Assembly: GCA_963675295.2 (NCBI GenBank)
Contig: CAXXKJ010000002.1
Span: 3,872,001 to 3,936,000 of the forward strand
Origin: a bacterium
GTDB taxonomy: Bacteria > Electryoneota > Electryoneia > Electryoneales > Electryoneaceae
Length of the DNA: 64,000 bases
Direction of reading: 5' to 3'
A program made the position numbers and the translations under genes. A model generated the notes under the pieces. The model was not told the DNA's origin. It searched no databases and was given only the letters and a program-made list of their open reading frames with translations. Shown in pieces: positions 48,953 to 58,885 of this stretch (positions are counted from its first letter, which is position 1; each line of letters opens with the position of its first letter).

Positions 48953-49732
48953 TTGCGGGCAGCCGATTCGATAAAGCTGTTGGGTGTAAAGGTCAGCAGC
49001 GTATCGCTGGATCAAGCTGTAGGTGTGATCGAGCAATGGATCCGGAAATCAGAAGCGAATTATGTCACCTGCACCGGCATGCACGGTGTGATGGAGAGCC
49101 AGGCAGATGAGGCGATCCGTCAAATTCACAACAAGGCGGGAATGGTTGTCCCCGACGGCATGCCGCTGGTGTGGATGAATCATTATCATGGCCGCCGCCA
49201 CGTGACCCGTTGTTACGGTCCGGATTTGTTCCTGGCGGTGCTTCAGCGCAGTGTGGAGAATGATGCGGGTTTCAAGCACTTCTTCTACGGTGGCGCTGAG
49301 GGTGTGCCGGAGATGTTGGCAGAGCGAATGCGTGAGAAATTTCCCGCTCTGCAGGTTGCAGGTACCTGGTCTCCTCCGTTCCGTCCATTGACGCCGGAAG
49401 AAGATGAACAGGTAGTGAAGATGATCCGCGATTCAGGTGCGGACATCGTGTGGATTGGCCTGAGCACACCGAAACAGGAGCGGTGGATGGCTGACCACGT
49501 GGAGAAGTTGGGCCGGCCCGTGCTGATCGGGGTTGGCGCAGCGTTTGATTTTTATACCGGGAGAGTGACCCAGGCCCCGCGTTGGATTCAGCGGAGCGGG
49601 TTGGAGTGGTTCTTCCGGATGGTGATGGAGCCACGGCGCTTATGGAAACGGTACTTAAAGAACGTCCCGTTATTCCTGATACTGGTCATTCGGGAAATGG
49701 CCACAGGAAAACGCCAGTACCCCCACCGGTGA
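48953..49732 (+). CDS. WecB/TagA/CpsF (GT26) glycosyltransferase
   Basis: VPDGMP, R.YGPDL, PPFR, IGL.TPKQE.W, GVGAAFDF, GLEW..R...EPRRLWKRY. Confidence 0.95.
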   Translation: MRAADSIKLLGVKVSSVSLDQAVGVIEQWIRKSEANYVTCTGMHGVMESQADEAIRQIHNKAGMVVPDGMPLVWMNHYHGRRHVTRCYGPDLFLAVLQRSVENDAGFKHFFYGGAEGVPEMLAERMREKFPALQVAGTWSPPFRPLTPEEDEQVVKMIRDSGADIVWIGLSTPKQERWMADHVEKLGRPVLIGVGAAFDFYTGRVTQAPRWIQRSGLEWFFRMVMEPRRLWKRYLKNVPLFLILVIREMATGKRQYPHR

Positions 49733-51180
49733 TCAAGCGGCAGACGGCATCGAGTTCCTCGCGGAATTTCATGCGGATTCTGTTGGTTGTTATCGACATG
49801 GTTACGGTCTATGCAGGGATCGTCCTCTCCCTCTACGTTGCCCGATTGCTGAACTTGTTTGACGCCGGCATTCCGGTCAAGGATCTGGCTGAAGGTGTGT
49901 TGCGTCCTATTCCCAGGGACCATGTTCTCGTCTACGGGGCGATTTCGTCCGTGCTCGCGGTCATCATCATGTGGTGGCAGGGCACGTACAACCCCAGTCT
50001 TAATCACATGAAGCTGGACGGTGACCGTCGTTTCATCCGTTCGTTGACGATGGTCATGCTGGTAACCTTCCCGCCGTTCCTGTATGTGCAGAACCAGTTT
50101 GACACGCGTGGGATGCTGACCGCCGCGATTGTGGTCGTTCCGGTATTGCTGATCCTGCAGAAAACGCTGTCCGTCGCGTTCATTTCGAAGCATTATGACC
50201 GTCCTGTACGCACCCACAAGCTGTTGATTGTCGGCGCGCACAAGGAGGGTCCGTACGTTCTGCGGCAAGCGTTATCCTGCTGGGACCCGGGCTACCTGCC
50301 GGTGGGCTTCCTGTCGAAAGATCCGGTGCAGAACGGGGATTACATCGAAACCGAGAGCCGGGGCCTGGTGGGCTCGGTGCCTGTGCTCGGGGATTACAGC
50401 CAGCTGGAACACTTCATCAAGCGGCACGCGATCGAGGAAGTCTGGATTAACGATCCGGAGATGCCGCAGGATGAGATCGTTGACATTTTGCGGCTATGCG
50501 AGCATCGCGGTGTGGTTACCAGCATGCTGCCGAGTATCGGCCGTATCCCGACGATGTCGGTGACCGCGACCTATGCCGGTGGGCAGGTGTTGCTGCGTGA
50601 ACGCCGGGCGCCGGAACGCATCTACTACGACAAGATGAAGCGCGCGGTGGACTTCATCGCGTCCACCCTGATGCTGATCGGCCTGTCGCCGATTTTGATC
50701 CTGGTCGCAATCTGGGTCAAACTCGACAGCAAGGGGCCGGTGTTCTTCTCGCAGGAACGTGTTGGCAAGAACGGCAAGCCGTTCCGGATGTTCAAGTTCC
50801 GCAGCATGCACGTGAACGCGCCGAAGTATGCTGTCAGTCCGAGCAGCAAGCTCGATCCGCGGATCACACGATCGGGCCGTTTCCTCCGGAAGAGTTCGCT
50901 GGACGAGTTGCCGCAGCTGTTCAACGTGTTCAAGGGCGACATGAGCCTCGTCGGCCCGCGTCCGGAGATGCCATTCATCGTTGACCAGTACACACGGTTC
51001 CAGCGTGCACGGCTGCAGGTGAAGCCGGGCATTACGGGGCTGTGGCAGATCTCGGCGGACCGTTCGATCGCCATCCACGACAACCTGGACTACGACCTGT
51101 ACTACATCCAGAACCGTTCGCTGACAACGGACATGGTGATTCTGTGGCGCACGGTGTGGTTTGCGATTCATGGGATCTAA
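49729..51180 (+). CDS. Priming polyprenyl-phosphate glycosylphosphotransferase (WcaJ/WbaP-like); alternative start at 49771
   Basis: N-terminal TMs; KR..D, GPVFF.Q.R.G, KFRSM, SLDELPQ, MSLVGPRPE, KPGITG.WQ; GTGA overlap with GT26 stop. Confidence 0.93.
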   Translation: MIKRQTASSSSRNFMRILLVVIDMVTVYAGIVLSLYVARLLNLFDAGIPVKDLAEGVLRPIPRDHVLVYGAISSVLAVIIMWWQGTYNPSLNHMKLDGDRRFIRSLTMVMLVTFPPFLYVQNQFDTRGMLTAAIVVVPVLLILQKTLSVAFISKHYDRPVRTHKLLIVGAHKEGPYVLRQALSCWDPGYLPVGFLSKDPVQNGDYIETESRGLVGSVPVLGDYSQLEHFIKRHAIEEVWINDPEMPQDEIVDILRLCEHRGVVTSMLPSIGRIPTMSVTATYAGGQVLLRERRAPERIYYDKMKRAVDFIASTLMLIGLSPILILVAIWVKLDSKGPVFFSQERVGKNGKPFRMFKFRSMHVNAPKYAVSPSSKLDPRITRSGRFLRKSSLDELPQLFNVFKGDMSLVGPRPEMPFIVDQYTRFQRARLQVKPGITGLWQISADRSIAIHDNLDYDLYYIQNRSLTTDMVILWRTVWFAIHGI

Positions 51181-51184
51181 TACC

Positions 51185-51493
51185 AGTCCTGAGTCCTGAG
51201 TCCTGAGAAACACAAATGGCCGCGTCTGTAATCAGACACGGCCATCTTTACTCACTGATCACATCTCGCCCACAGCCTACTGCCCATACCCCCGGCCCTC
51301 AGCCTGGCGCCTGGATACGGATCGTCCGCGTTTGCAAGCAAACACGGGCACATCATCTCTCACCGTCCGCTGTCCCAGCCAATAGTCGAGATACGGTTCG
51401 ACCGCGTTTGCAAGCAAACACGGGCACATCATCTCTCACCGTCCGCTGCCCACAGACCGCAGCCCACAGCCTACAGCCCATCGCCCACAGCCT
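51185..51493. repeat. Convergent spacer with heptamer arrays, terminator hairpin and 59-bp direct repeat containing REP family B
   Basis: (AGTCCTG)3 51185-51207; atggccgcgtctg..cagacacggccat 51216-51245; direct repeat 51314-51372 / 51390-51448; (GCCCACA)-like x6 51448-51493. Confidence 0.8.
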
Positions 51494-52367
51494 AGTTCCG
51501 GAGGATGATGCGTCCGTCCTCGACACTCATCCGAACATTGGCGGTGCCGCCGGGCAGTTCGTATTCCTCGTAATAATCATTCTCGTCGATGAGGTCGAAG
51601 TCGCGGCCAACGCGTGTGCCGCCGTCCTCGAATTCGAGCCGGAAGGTGCCGCCGCCGTCTAGCACACGCAGTTCGACGCTGCCGTCCTCGGCTTTCATCC
51701 GGTAGCTGCCATCGTCCGAAAGGCTGGTTTCGATGACGATTTCGCCGTCTTCGACCGTTGCGTGCACGTCCTTGAACGTACCGTTCTCGACGGTGATCGA
51801 ACCGTCTTCGGCATACATGTCGAGAATCCCCGCGCCTCCGCTGAGGTCAATGCGGCCATCCTCGACGCCGAGTTCAAAATGGGAGCCGGTCATGTCCAGC
51901 AGTAGCGCGTCACCATCTTCCATGTCCATACGGACATCACCGGAGAAGTTGCGGACGCGGTAATCATCGTCTTCACCCCGTAAGCGCAGGTTGATGGTTT
52001 TCGGGGCATGTATGTCGACGGTGTATTCTTCTCGGATCGATCCCATCATGATGGTGATGCCGTCGGTGTCCGCCTCACGAATGCGCAGATTGCCATTCTC
52101 TTCAGTGACGATGATTTCGAAGTCTTCCCCGCCACGGGAGCTGACCCCGCTGATGTGCCAGCTGTGATGCACGACCACGTGAACATCATCGCGATCCTCG
52201 CCGATAACAGACACTTCGGCGTCGTCAGTGCTGAGATACAGCGTTCCATCCGCAGCAATGGCATAGGTTTCGTCGAGGTCATAGCGGTGCGTCTTGGCGG
52301 CGCTCGCCTGCACCGAGAACAGACCGAACAGAACAGCGATAACGAGTGATACGGTTGCGCGTGACAT
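51492..52367 (-). CDS. DUF4097-type beta-strand repeat (adhesin-like) secreted protein
   Basis: Signal peptide; repeated 'EDG.I.' units; GGAGG RBS. Confidence 0.75.
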   Translation of the reverse strand: MSRATVSLVIAVLFGLFSVQASAAKTHRYDLDETYAIAADGTLYLSTDDAEVSVIGEDRDDVHVVVHHSWHISGVSSRGGEDFEIIVTEENGNLRIREADTDGITIMMGSIREEYTVDIHAPKTINLRLRGEDDDYRVRNFSGDVRMDMEDGDALLLDMTGSHFELGVEDGRIDLSGGAGILDMYAEDGSITVENGTFKDVHATVEDGEIVIETSLSDDGSYRMKAEDGSVELRVLDGGGTFRLEFEDGGTRVGRDFDLIDENDYYEEYELPGGTANVRMSVEDGRIILRN

Positions 52368-52562
52368 GGTTCTCCTCCCCTGGGTGTGTGGCTTCCCGTG
52401 TGGGACGCTGACAAGGCTGTTTCGGTTACAGGGAACGTACGACAGCCCCGTATGGAATGGACCACTGGAGCTGTTCGCAGGCGGTCTCTCGGCTCGCCGT
52501 AAAGGTGAATCTGCGTGTACCTTCCCGCGAACATAAACGTCTCAGTGGTGGAGAACGTAGCG

Positions 52563-54053
52563 ATGAACGCTTGGAAGCTGATCGCGGCTGGTTTGTTGCT
52601 GGCCGTGTTGGTAGCCGGTTGCGGGCAACAGCCGCCGGCAGAAACAGCGATGGTGGCCAGCGAGGGCCTGGCGATGGTGGATGGCCGTGCGCTGGATGCG
52701 ATGGACCAGGTGCCGCCAATTGTGGAAGGCTTGGGCGATGCGGCGTCGGACGGCATCGACTTTGATACCGTGCGCGTGCAGGTACAGAACGGTCAGCTGA
52801 TGTTGCGGGTGAACGTGCACACCGTCCTCAGCCTGCAGAACTACAGCAATCTGCAGCTGTTGCTGGACACCGACAACAACCCTGGAACCGGTCGCGCGGG
52901 CGGATTTAACGGCGCGGAAGTTGTCTGGCGGTTCGGACAGCGGAACGGCCTGATTGATATCGACGACAAGTCGGAATCGTTCAAGCACGGTGACGTTGGC
53001 ATCGTGACCGCGCCGACGGTAACCTCAGATTTCTTCGAGGTGTCGATTCCGCTTGATGCCAAAGTGCACGAGCACCGCATTTTCCAGGGAAACACGGCGG
53101 GGATTGCGTTCCTCAGTATGCCGGAAGAGGGCGGGCTTGATCGCATTCCGGACTCCGGATTTGTGGCGGTAGACCTGACTGCGGACGCAGGCGAACCGGA
53201 ACCGTTGAGCATGGACCGGCCAAGCGGGGATGCGGTTCGCATGGTCACCTGGAACATCCTGCATGATGGCATTGTCGAACGGCCGGAGAAGTTCGATCCG
53301 ATCTTCGACGTGCTCGACCCGGACATCGTAACGCTGGTCGAAGTGTGGGACACTCCGGCGCAGGTCGCGGCGGATCTGTTTGACGAGTGGCGGCCATTGC
53401 CGGACGGGCAAAGCTGGCACGCCGACCGTCAGGGTGCGGACATCATCGTGCTCAGCAAGTGGCCGATTCTCGAGTGTGTTGGGTTGGACGATGCCCGCGC
53501 GACGGCGTACCTGTTGCAGATGCCGGATAATTGGAGCTCGCCGTTGTTTGTGATCGGTGCCCATGCGCCATGCTGCGGCAAGGACGAGAAGCGGCAGAAG
53601 GAAATCGACGCGTTCATGGCGTTCCTGCGTGATGCACGCGATGGAACCGGCCCAATCAACCTGGGCCTGAACACTCCGGTGGTGATCACCGGCGACATGA
53701 ACCTCGTCGGCCTGCAGCAACAGTTGACGACGCTGGTCGAGGGCCAGATCGTGAACGAAGCCTACCTGCCGGCCTTCGGTCCGGACGCGGACGGGACGGC
53801 TTTGACCGACCTGTTCCCGCGTCACCTGTACCACAACCTGGTGTACACGTGGCGGGACGAGGACAGCTCGTACGGGCCGGGCAAGCTGGACTACATCGTC
53901 TATAGCGACTCGAACCTCGAGATTCCGCACAGCTTCATCTTTGATACCCGTCTGCTACCGCAGGCGAAGCTGGATGAGCTGGGCTTGACACGGGAAGCGA
54001 ACCCGGAAGCGTCCGATCACCTGCCGGTGATTGTGGACGTTCTGCCGCGGTAG
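52563..54053 (+). CDS. Endonuclease/exonuclease/phosphatase family lipoprotein
   Basis: Lipobox VAG-C; TWNI, PDI..LVE, GDMN, LDYI, SDHLPV. Confidence 0.88.
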   Translation: MNAWKLIAAGLLLAVLVAGCGQQPPAETAMVASEGLAMVDGRALDAMDQVPPIVEGLGDAASDGIDFDTVRVQVQNGQLMLRVNVHTVLSLQNYSNLQLLLDTDNNPGTGRAGGFNGAEVVWRFGQRNGLIDIDDKSESFKHGDVGIVTAPTVTSDFFEVSIPLDAKVHEHRIFQGNTAGIAFLSMPEEGGLDRIPDSGFVAVDLTADAGEPEPLSMDRPSGDAVRMVTWNILHDGIVERPEKFDPIFDVLDPDIVTLVEVWDTPAQVAADLFDEWRPLPDGQSWHADRQGADIIVLSKWPILECVGLDDARATAYLLQMPDNWSSPLFVIGAHAPCCGKDEKRQKEIDAFMAFLRDARDGTGPINLGLNTPVVITGDMNLVGLQQQLTTLVEGQIVNEAYLPAFGPDADGTALTDLFPRHLYHNLVYTWRDEDSSYGPGKLDYIVYSDSNLEIPHSFIFDTRLLPQAKLDELGLTREANPEASDHLPVIVDVLPR

Positions 54054-54061
54054 CGATTCGG

Positions 54062-54430
54062 ATGCAGCAGTGGCAGTGGAAACGGATCTGGCCGGCGTTG
54101 GCGTGGGCGGCGCTGTTGTTCGCGTTGTCGTCGATTCCGGGCGACGAGCTGCCGTATGTTCAGGCTCCGCTCGGTTTCGACAAGGTGCTGCACATTGCCG
54201 CGTATGCGGTGTTTGGCATGCTGGCGATGCGTGGCTGGTTTGAGGCGGGCGTTGCGCCTTGGATAATCTTTGCTTTCTGTGTAGGTTACGGCGTTACGGA
54301 CGAATTGCATCAGATCTTTGTACCCGGACGTTTCCCGGATGTGTACGACTGGATTGCCGATGTGATCGGGGCTGGTCTGGGAACCTGGGGCATGTTTCAT
54401 TGGTTGAAAAGACGCCGGCGCGAGGCGTGA
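54062..54430 (+). CDS. VanZ family membrane protein
   Basis: LSSIPG, DKVLH...YA, DELHQ.FVPGR, D..AD..G. Confidence 0.9.
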   Translation: MQQWQWKRIWPALAWAALLFALSSIPGDELPYVQAPLGFDKVLHIAAYAVFGMLAMRGWFEAGVAPWIIFAFCVGYGVTDELHQIFVPGRFPDVYDWIADVIGAGLGTWGMFHWLKRRRREA

Positions 54431-54472
54431 GTTGGGTGCGCGGGCGATGACGAAAAACGGCGGAGACGAATC

Positions 54473-55018
54473 GTGGTCAACAAGGTAATCCTGATCGGTA
54501 ATCTGGGTAAAGATCCGGAGATGTCGTATACACCCAGTGGCGTGGCGGTGACGAAGGTGTCGCTGGCGACCACGAAGAAGTGGACCTCGGCCTCCGGCGA
54601 AAAGCGTGAACAGACGGAATGGCATAACCTCGTGTTCTGGCGCAAGCAGGCTGAAGTTGCGAACGAATACCTGCGCAAGGGTTCGCGGATTTATGTGGAC
54701 GGAGAGATCAACTACCGCACGTGGGAAGGCCAGGATGGCCAGAAGCGGTACATGACCGATATCGTGGTCAACAATTTCCAGATGCTGTCCGCCCGTGGTG
54801 AGGGCGGCGGCGGCGGCCAGGGCGGTGGTGGCGGCCAGCAGCGCCAGCAGGGTGGCGGCGGTGGTGGTGGCCAGCAGGGCGGCGCACGCCAGCGTTCCCG
54901 TCAGCAACAGCAGCAACCGTCCGACGGCCCGTACTATGAGCCGATCGATCAGGGCGGCCAAGGCGGCGGCCAGGACCAGGACTTCGGCGGCAACGACGAT
55001 GACGATCTGCCGTTCTAA
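54473..55018 (+). CDS. ssb: Single-stranded DNA-binding protein
   Basis: [19 protein letters not shown], Gly/Gln linker, C-terminal DDDLPF. Confidence 0.98.
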   Translation: MVNKVILIGNLGKDPEMSYTPSGVAVTKVSLATTKKWTSASGEKREQTEWHNLVFWRKQAEVANEYLRKGSRIYVDGEINYRTWEGQDGQKRYMTDIVVNNFQMLSARGEGGGGGQGGGGGQQRQQGGGGGGGQQGGARQRSRQQQQQPSDGPYYEPIDQGGQGGGQDQDFGGNDDDDLPF

Positions 55019-55028
55019 CAACCGTGCC

Positions 55029-55089
55029 GAGTGGTGAGTCGTGAGTGATGAGTGAATTCAACTGCCGCGGATGCAAGTCCGTGGCAGTT
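55029..55089 (+). repeat. Heptamer array plus REP/terminator hairpin after ssb
   Basis: (GAGTNNT)-type x4 at 55029-55056, then aactgccgcggatgcaagtccgtggcagtt. Confidence 0.7.
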
Positions 55090-55162
55090 TCATTGCAGCT
55101 GTCTAACACTTGGCGAGTATCTTTGTTCGGACGAGCTACGTTTGATGCGGGAGACGTGAGTC

Positions 55163-55528
55163 GTGGTACTGCTTGATGTGGTATCGAATGTTGAACCGGC
55201 GGTGTCGTACGGCCTCAAGAACCGGCTGATCATCGCCGCGGTACTCCTGATCCCGTATTTCACCTGGGATTGGTTCCTCGAATGGTTTGACCAGGCGTTT
55301 TTTCAGGCGATTCTCGGCGAGCGTCCGCTGCCGGCATGGCTGTACCTCGACCTGAAATCACGTCTGATCATCGTGCCGTTCATCGCCGGGATGATTTTCG
55401 TCGTGCCGAGTCCGGGCGAGACGGTCGCCGATCACGTGCTGCTGCGGTTCACCCTCACCGCCATCCTCGCGCTGGTTGTAGTCGTGCTGTGGTTCGTACT
55501 CGGGATTCGAGGTGCGGATCGGTTTTAG
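55163..55528 (+). CDS. Hypothetical small membrane protein (about 3 TM)
   Basis: Hydrophobic ORF with host-like codon usage; no family recognised. Confidence 0.55.
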   Translation: MVLLDVVSNVEPAVSYGLKNRLIIAAVLLIPYFTWDWFLEWFDQAFFQAILGERPLPAWLYLDLKSRLIIVPFIAGMIFVVPSPGETVADHVLLRFTLTAILALVVVVLWFVLGIRGADRF

Positions 55529-55550
55529 TAGCTGTCGGAAACAAATGTTG

Positions 55551-55633
55551 AACGGGACAGGGTTTTTACCCGGTCCCGTTTTCAGTTCCTCACAACTCAC
55601 AACGCACCACTCACAACTCGTCACTCACGAACT
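55551..55633. terminator. Terminator hairpin plus heptamer array between convergent genes
   Basis: aacgggac(a)gggt..accc(g)gtcccgtttt 55551-55582; (ACTCACA)-like x6 55588-55633. Confidence 0.7.
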
Positions 55634-55637
55634 TCGC

Positions 55638-56705
55638 CTAGCGTTGGGCGAAGGTGAAGCCGGCGTCGGGGCGGTGCGGTTCGATCTGGTCGACGAGGCC
55701 GGCGTGACGCAGGTTCGCCACGAAATCGTTGGTGATGAATTTCTGCGGGAAGCCCAGTTCGAACCGGCTGGCTTCGTTCAGCTTGTCCATCAATTCGCTG
55801 GGGATGGTCAGTTCGGTAGCTTTCAGGTTGTCCTTGACCTGGCTGACCTTGGTTGCGCCGATGATCGGGATGAACTCGCCGGTTTGCAGTTGCCACGCCA
55901 AGGCGACCTGTGCGGAGGAGACGCCGAGTTCGTCCGCGACCTCATCCACCACCTTCGCGATGCGGATGACACGTTCGGTAAGACGGCTATACTCCTGCTG
56001 CGCGATGCGGCCTTCCTTGTCACGGTTGCCACGGGTGTACTTTCCGGTTAACGCGCCTGCGCCCAATGGTGACCAGGTGGTGACGCCGATGTCGGTGGCG
56101 CGTGCGAGCGGGATCAGCTCCTGTTCGGGGGTGCGTTCGATCAGGCTGTATTCGATCTGCATCGCAATAAACTCGCTCCAGCCACGCAGTTCGGCGATGG
56201 CGTTCGCACGGGCGATGGTCCACGCCGGCCAGTCGCTGACGCCGATGTAGAGGATCTTGCCGGCACGGATCATGTCGTCCAGCGCGCGCATGGTTTCCTC
56301 GACCGGCGTTATACCGTCCCAGATGTGCACCCAGTAGAGGTCGATGTAGTCGAGGTTCATCCGTTTCAGGCTGGCGTTCAGCGACTCGACCATCTTCTTG
56401 CGGTGGTTTCCGGCAGAGTTGGCGTGATGCGGTGCCATGCCAGGGTGAGCGTTGGCGTATTTCGTGGCGACGACGAAGTGTTCACGATCCGAGCGAACGA
56501 AATCGCCGACGTACTGTTCGCTGGTGCCGTTGGTGTAGATATCGGCCGTATCGATGAAATTGCCGCCGGCGGCGGCGAAGGTGTCGAACTGCTTGCGGCT
56601 GTCCTCCCTGGAGGCGCCCCAGCCCCAGTCCTCGCCGAAGGTCATCGTGCCGAGCGAAATTTCCGACACACGCAGGCCACTCTTGCCCAGAATCCGGTAT
56701 CTCAT
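55638..56705 (-). CDS. Aldo/keto reductase
   Basis: LGTMTFG, IDTADIY, ATK, YIDLYWVH.WD, YIGVS, WSPLG.G.L.GKY, PIIGA. Confidence 0.95.
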   Translation of the reverse strand: MRYRILGKSGLRVSEISLGTMTFGEDWGWGASREDSRKQFDTFAAAGGNFIDTADIYTNGTSEQYVGDFVRSDREHFVVATKYANAHPGMAPHHANSAGNHRKKMVESLNASLKRMNLDYIDLYWVHIWDGITPVEETMRALDDMIRAGKILYIGVSDWPAWTIARANAIAELRGWSEFIAMQIEYSLIERTPEQELIPLARATDIGVTTWSPLGAGALTGKYTRGNRDKEGRIAQQEYSRLTERVIRIAKVVDEVADELGVSSAQVALAWQLQTGEFIPIIGATKVSQVKDNLKATELTIPSELMDKLNEASRFELGFPQKFITNDFVANLRHAGLVDQIEPHRPDAGFTFAQR

Positions 56706-56860
56706 GGAATCATCTCCTCTTCAGGTTGGGGGAAAACTTAATCGGAGCTAAACGATACATTGTCCGGGTAACCGGATCATGAGGGAATTCGTCCCACAGG
56801 CGAGCCGGGAGCAAACCGGGGTGGGTTGCTGGGTCAGGATGCAGCTCCCCGGGATGCGGT

Positions 56861-58432
56861 ATGACGGTACAATCCCTTCCGAACAGTGCGGAGACTGCGA
56901 TGCAAGCCGCCCGTCGTGAACCGACCGCGTGGACCTGGATCCTGTTGTTCAGCGGATTGACGCTGGCGTTGCACCTGATCGTGAACGCGTTGGACAGCTA
57001 CGGCATCTTCCGGGACGAGTTTTACTACCTGGCGTGCGCGAGTCATCTCAGCTGGGGGTATGTCGACCAGCCACCGTTCTCGCTGCTGCTGCTCGCGATC
57101 CAGACGGCACTTGTTGGTGACTCGTTGTTCGCGTTGCGGCTGCTGCCATCGTTGCTGTCGGCCGGAGTGGTGCTGTTGGCCGGGTTGACGGTGCGGGAGT
57201 TTGGCGGCGGAAAACTGGCGCAGGCGAGTTCGGCGATGCTGGCGTGGCTGGTGCCGTGTTTTCTCGGATTCGGTGGCTATTACTCGATGAACATCATCGA
57301 CCTGAGTGTTTGGGCGGCGGTGGCGTGCCTGCTTGCACGGCTGGCGAACAGCGGCAACCGCAATTACTGGCCGTTGCTCGGGCTGGTGCTCGGAATCGGG
57401 CTGCTCAACAAGATCAGCGTGCTGTACCTCGGGGTCGGGATACTGGCGGGGATTGCGCTCAGTCCGTTGCGGGTGTGGCTGAAGAAACCGTGCCCGTACA
57501 TCTCCGCCGGGATCGCGTTCCTGATTTTCCTCCCCCATGTGATCTGGCAGATCGGGCATGACTGGCCGACACTCGAGTTCATCGAAAACGCGCGGCTGTA
57601 CAAGAACATGCCACAGACTCCGCTCAGTTTCCTCGGCGGAGTGATGTTCGAGGGCAATCCGGTGTTCCTCCCGTTCTGGCTGCTGTCGCTGGTGTACCTC
57701 GGCACGAGTAAGGCGTTGAAACCGCATCGTTGGGCGTTCTGGGTGGTGGTGACGGTGCTGGTGCTGTTGATTGCACTGGGCAACGCGAAGCCGTACTACG
57801 CCGACACCACGTTTTTCCTGCTGGTGGCCGGGTTCGGGTTGGCAGTGGAACGCTGGCTGCGGTGGCTGTGGCTGCGTGGGGTCGCGTTTGCGTTGATGCT
57901 GGTTGGCGGCGCGCTGGCGATGCCGTTGGCGATTCCGATCCTGCCGCCGGCAACGCTGATCGCGTATTCAACCGCGTTGGGATTGAGCCGTCAGCCGATG
58001 GAACGAAACGAACTGCCGGAAATGCAACAGTTTTACGCTGACCGCTTCGGTTGGAAAGAACTGGCAGCGACGGTGTCCGAGGTGTATACGGCGCTTTCAC
58101 CGGAGGAACAGGAGATCGCGTATGTCTTCGGCCAGAACTACGGTGAAGCCGGTGCGGTGGACTACTATGCGGATGTTTACGACTTGCCGCCGGTGATTTC
58201 CGGGCACAACAGCTACTGGCTGTGGGGTCCGGGTGAGGCTTCGGGTGAAGTGATGCTGGTGATCGGGGATGATCGTGACCGCCTGCTGGAGTTGTTTGAG
58301 TCGGTTGAGCTCGGCGCGGTCCGGGAGTGCGACTATTGCATGCCGTTCGAGGACGAGCTGCCGGTATGGATTTGCCGCGGGTTGAAGATGTCCGTTCAGG
58401 AAATGTGGCCGGAGGTGCAGATATTCGTCTGA
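56861..58432 (+). CDS. GT-C fold (GT39/ArnT/PMT_2-like) membrane glycosyltransferase
   Basis: RDEFYY....L.WGYVDQPP, LRL, LNK, P..IWQ..H.WP, NYGEAGA, SGHNSYW.WG. Confidence 0.85.
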   Translation: MTVQSLPNSAETAMQAARREPTAWTWILLFSGLTLALHLIVNALDSYGIFRDEFYYLACASHLSWGYVDQPPFSLLLLAIQTALVGDSLFALRLLPSLLSAGVVLLAGLTVREFGGGKLAQASSAMLAWLVPCFLGFGGYYSMNIIDLSVWAAVACLLARLANSGNRNYWPLLGLVLGIGLLNKISVLYLGVGILAGIALSPLRVWLKKPCPYISAGIAFLIFLPHVIWQIGHDWPTLEFIENARLYKNMPQTPLSFLGGVMFEGNPVFLPFWLLSLVYLGTSKALKPHRWAFWVVVTVLVLLIALGNAKPYYADTTFFLLVAGFGLAVERWLRWLWLRGVAFALMLVGGALAMPLAIPILPPATLIAYSTALGLSRQPMERNELPEMQQFYADRFGWKELAATVSEVYTALSPEEQEIAYVFGQNYGEAGAVDYYADVYDLPPVISGHNSYWLWGPGEASGEVMLVIGDDRDRLLELFESVELGAVRECDYCMPFEDELPVWICRGLKMSVQEMWPEVQIFV

Positions 58433-58545
58433 CGATGATTCCGGATCAACCTGCCCCGATCAATGTGCCCCTTCAACGTAACCCTGATGGCTCCGCCAGC
58501 AGGGATTATCCACTATCCGATAACCCGCGGTAGCCGTCACAAACA

Positions 58546-58642
58546 CCCGTGACGGACAATCACGGGCACCAACTGCCATGGCTGCAGGCATCAGCGTTCA
58601 TTCACCTCCGGATCATCCACGACATGAATGTCGTGGGCATGT
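58546..58642. repeat. REP-like hairpins
   Basis: ccgtga..tcacgg-gca; gatcatccacgacatgaatgtcgtgggcatgt (58611-58642) identical to 24533-24564. Confidence 0.7.
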
Positions 58643-58885
58643 GGAAGCGGTGCGACTCATTCGTGTTGTTCGTTCCTGCTCCAGACTTAGCTCACATGAA
58701 CTAAGTGCTGTCCGTCTCCAGTTGTTGGGTTAACCTCTCCTTACGCATTCCCTCGTCTTTTGCACAGGCAAAAAAGCAGATCCGCCGGGCAGCGTAAATT
58801 TGTATCAGACAATTGGCGGACGTACCGCCTCGCTTGTTCCGAAGATCACAACGTCGACAACCACCGTCAGGGGGAGTACAGTCCG

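Noticed and set aside
51216-51662. Small ORFs across repeat-rich spacers (also 31900-32100, 61780-62142, 534-890)
   Set aside because: They are translations of REP or heptamer repeats (recurring PRLQANTG, IPTSKLVGA) with no RBS or coding signature.
54800-54990. Gly/Gln repeats in ssb
   Set aside because: Ordinary disordered SSB linker.
58761-58800. c-di-GMP-I riboswitch-like 'gcacaggcaaa' upstream of the HAO-like gene
   Set aside because: No GNRA-capped P2 stem or downstream GCAAAGC motif.
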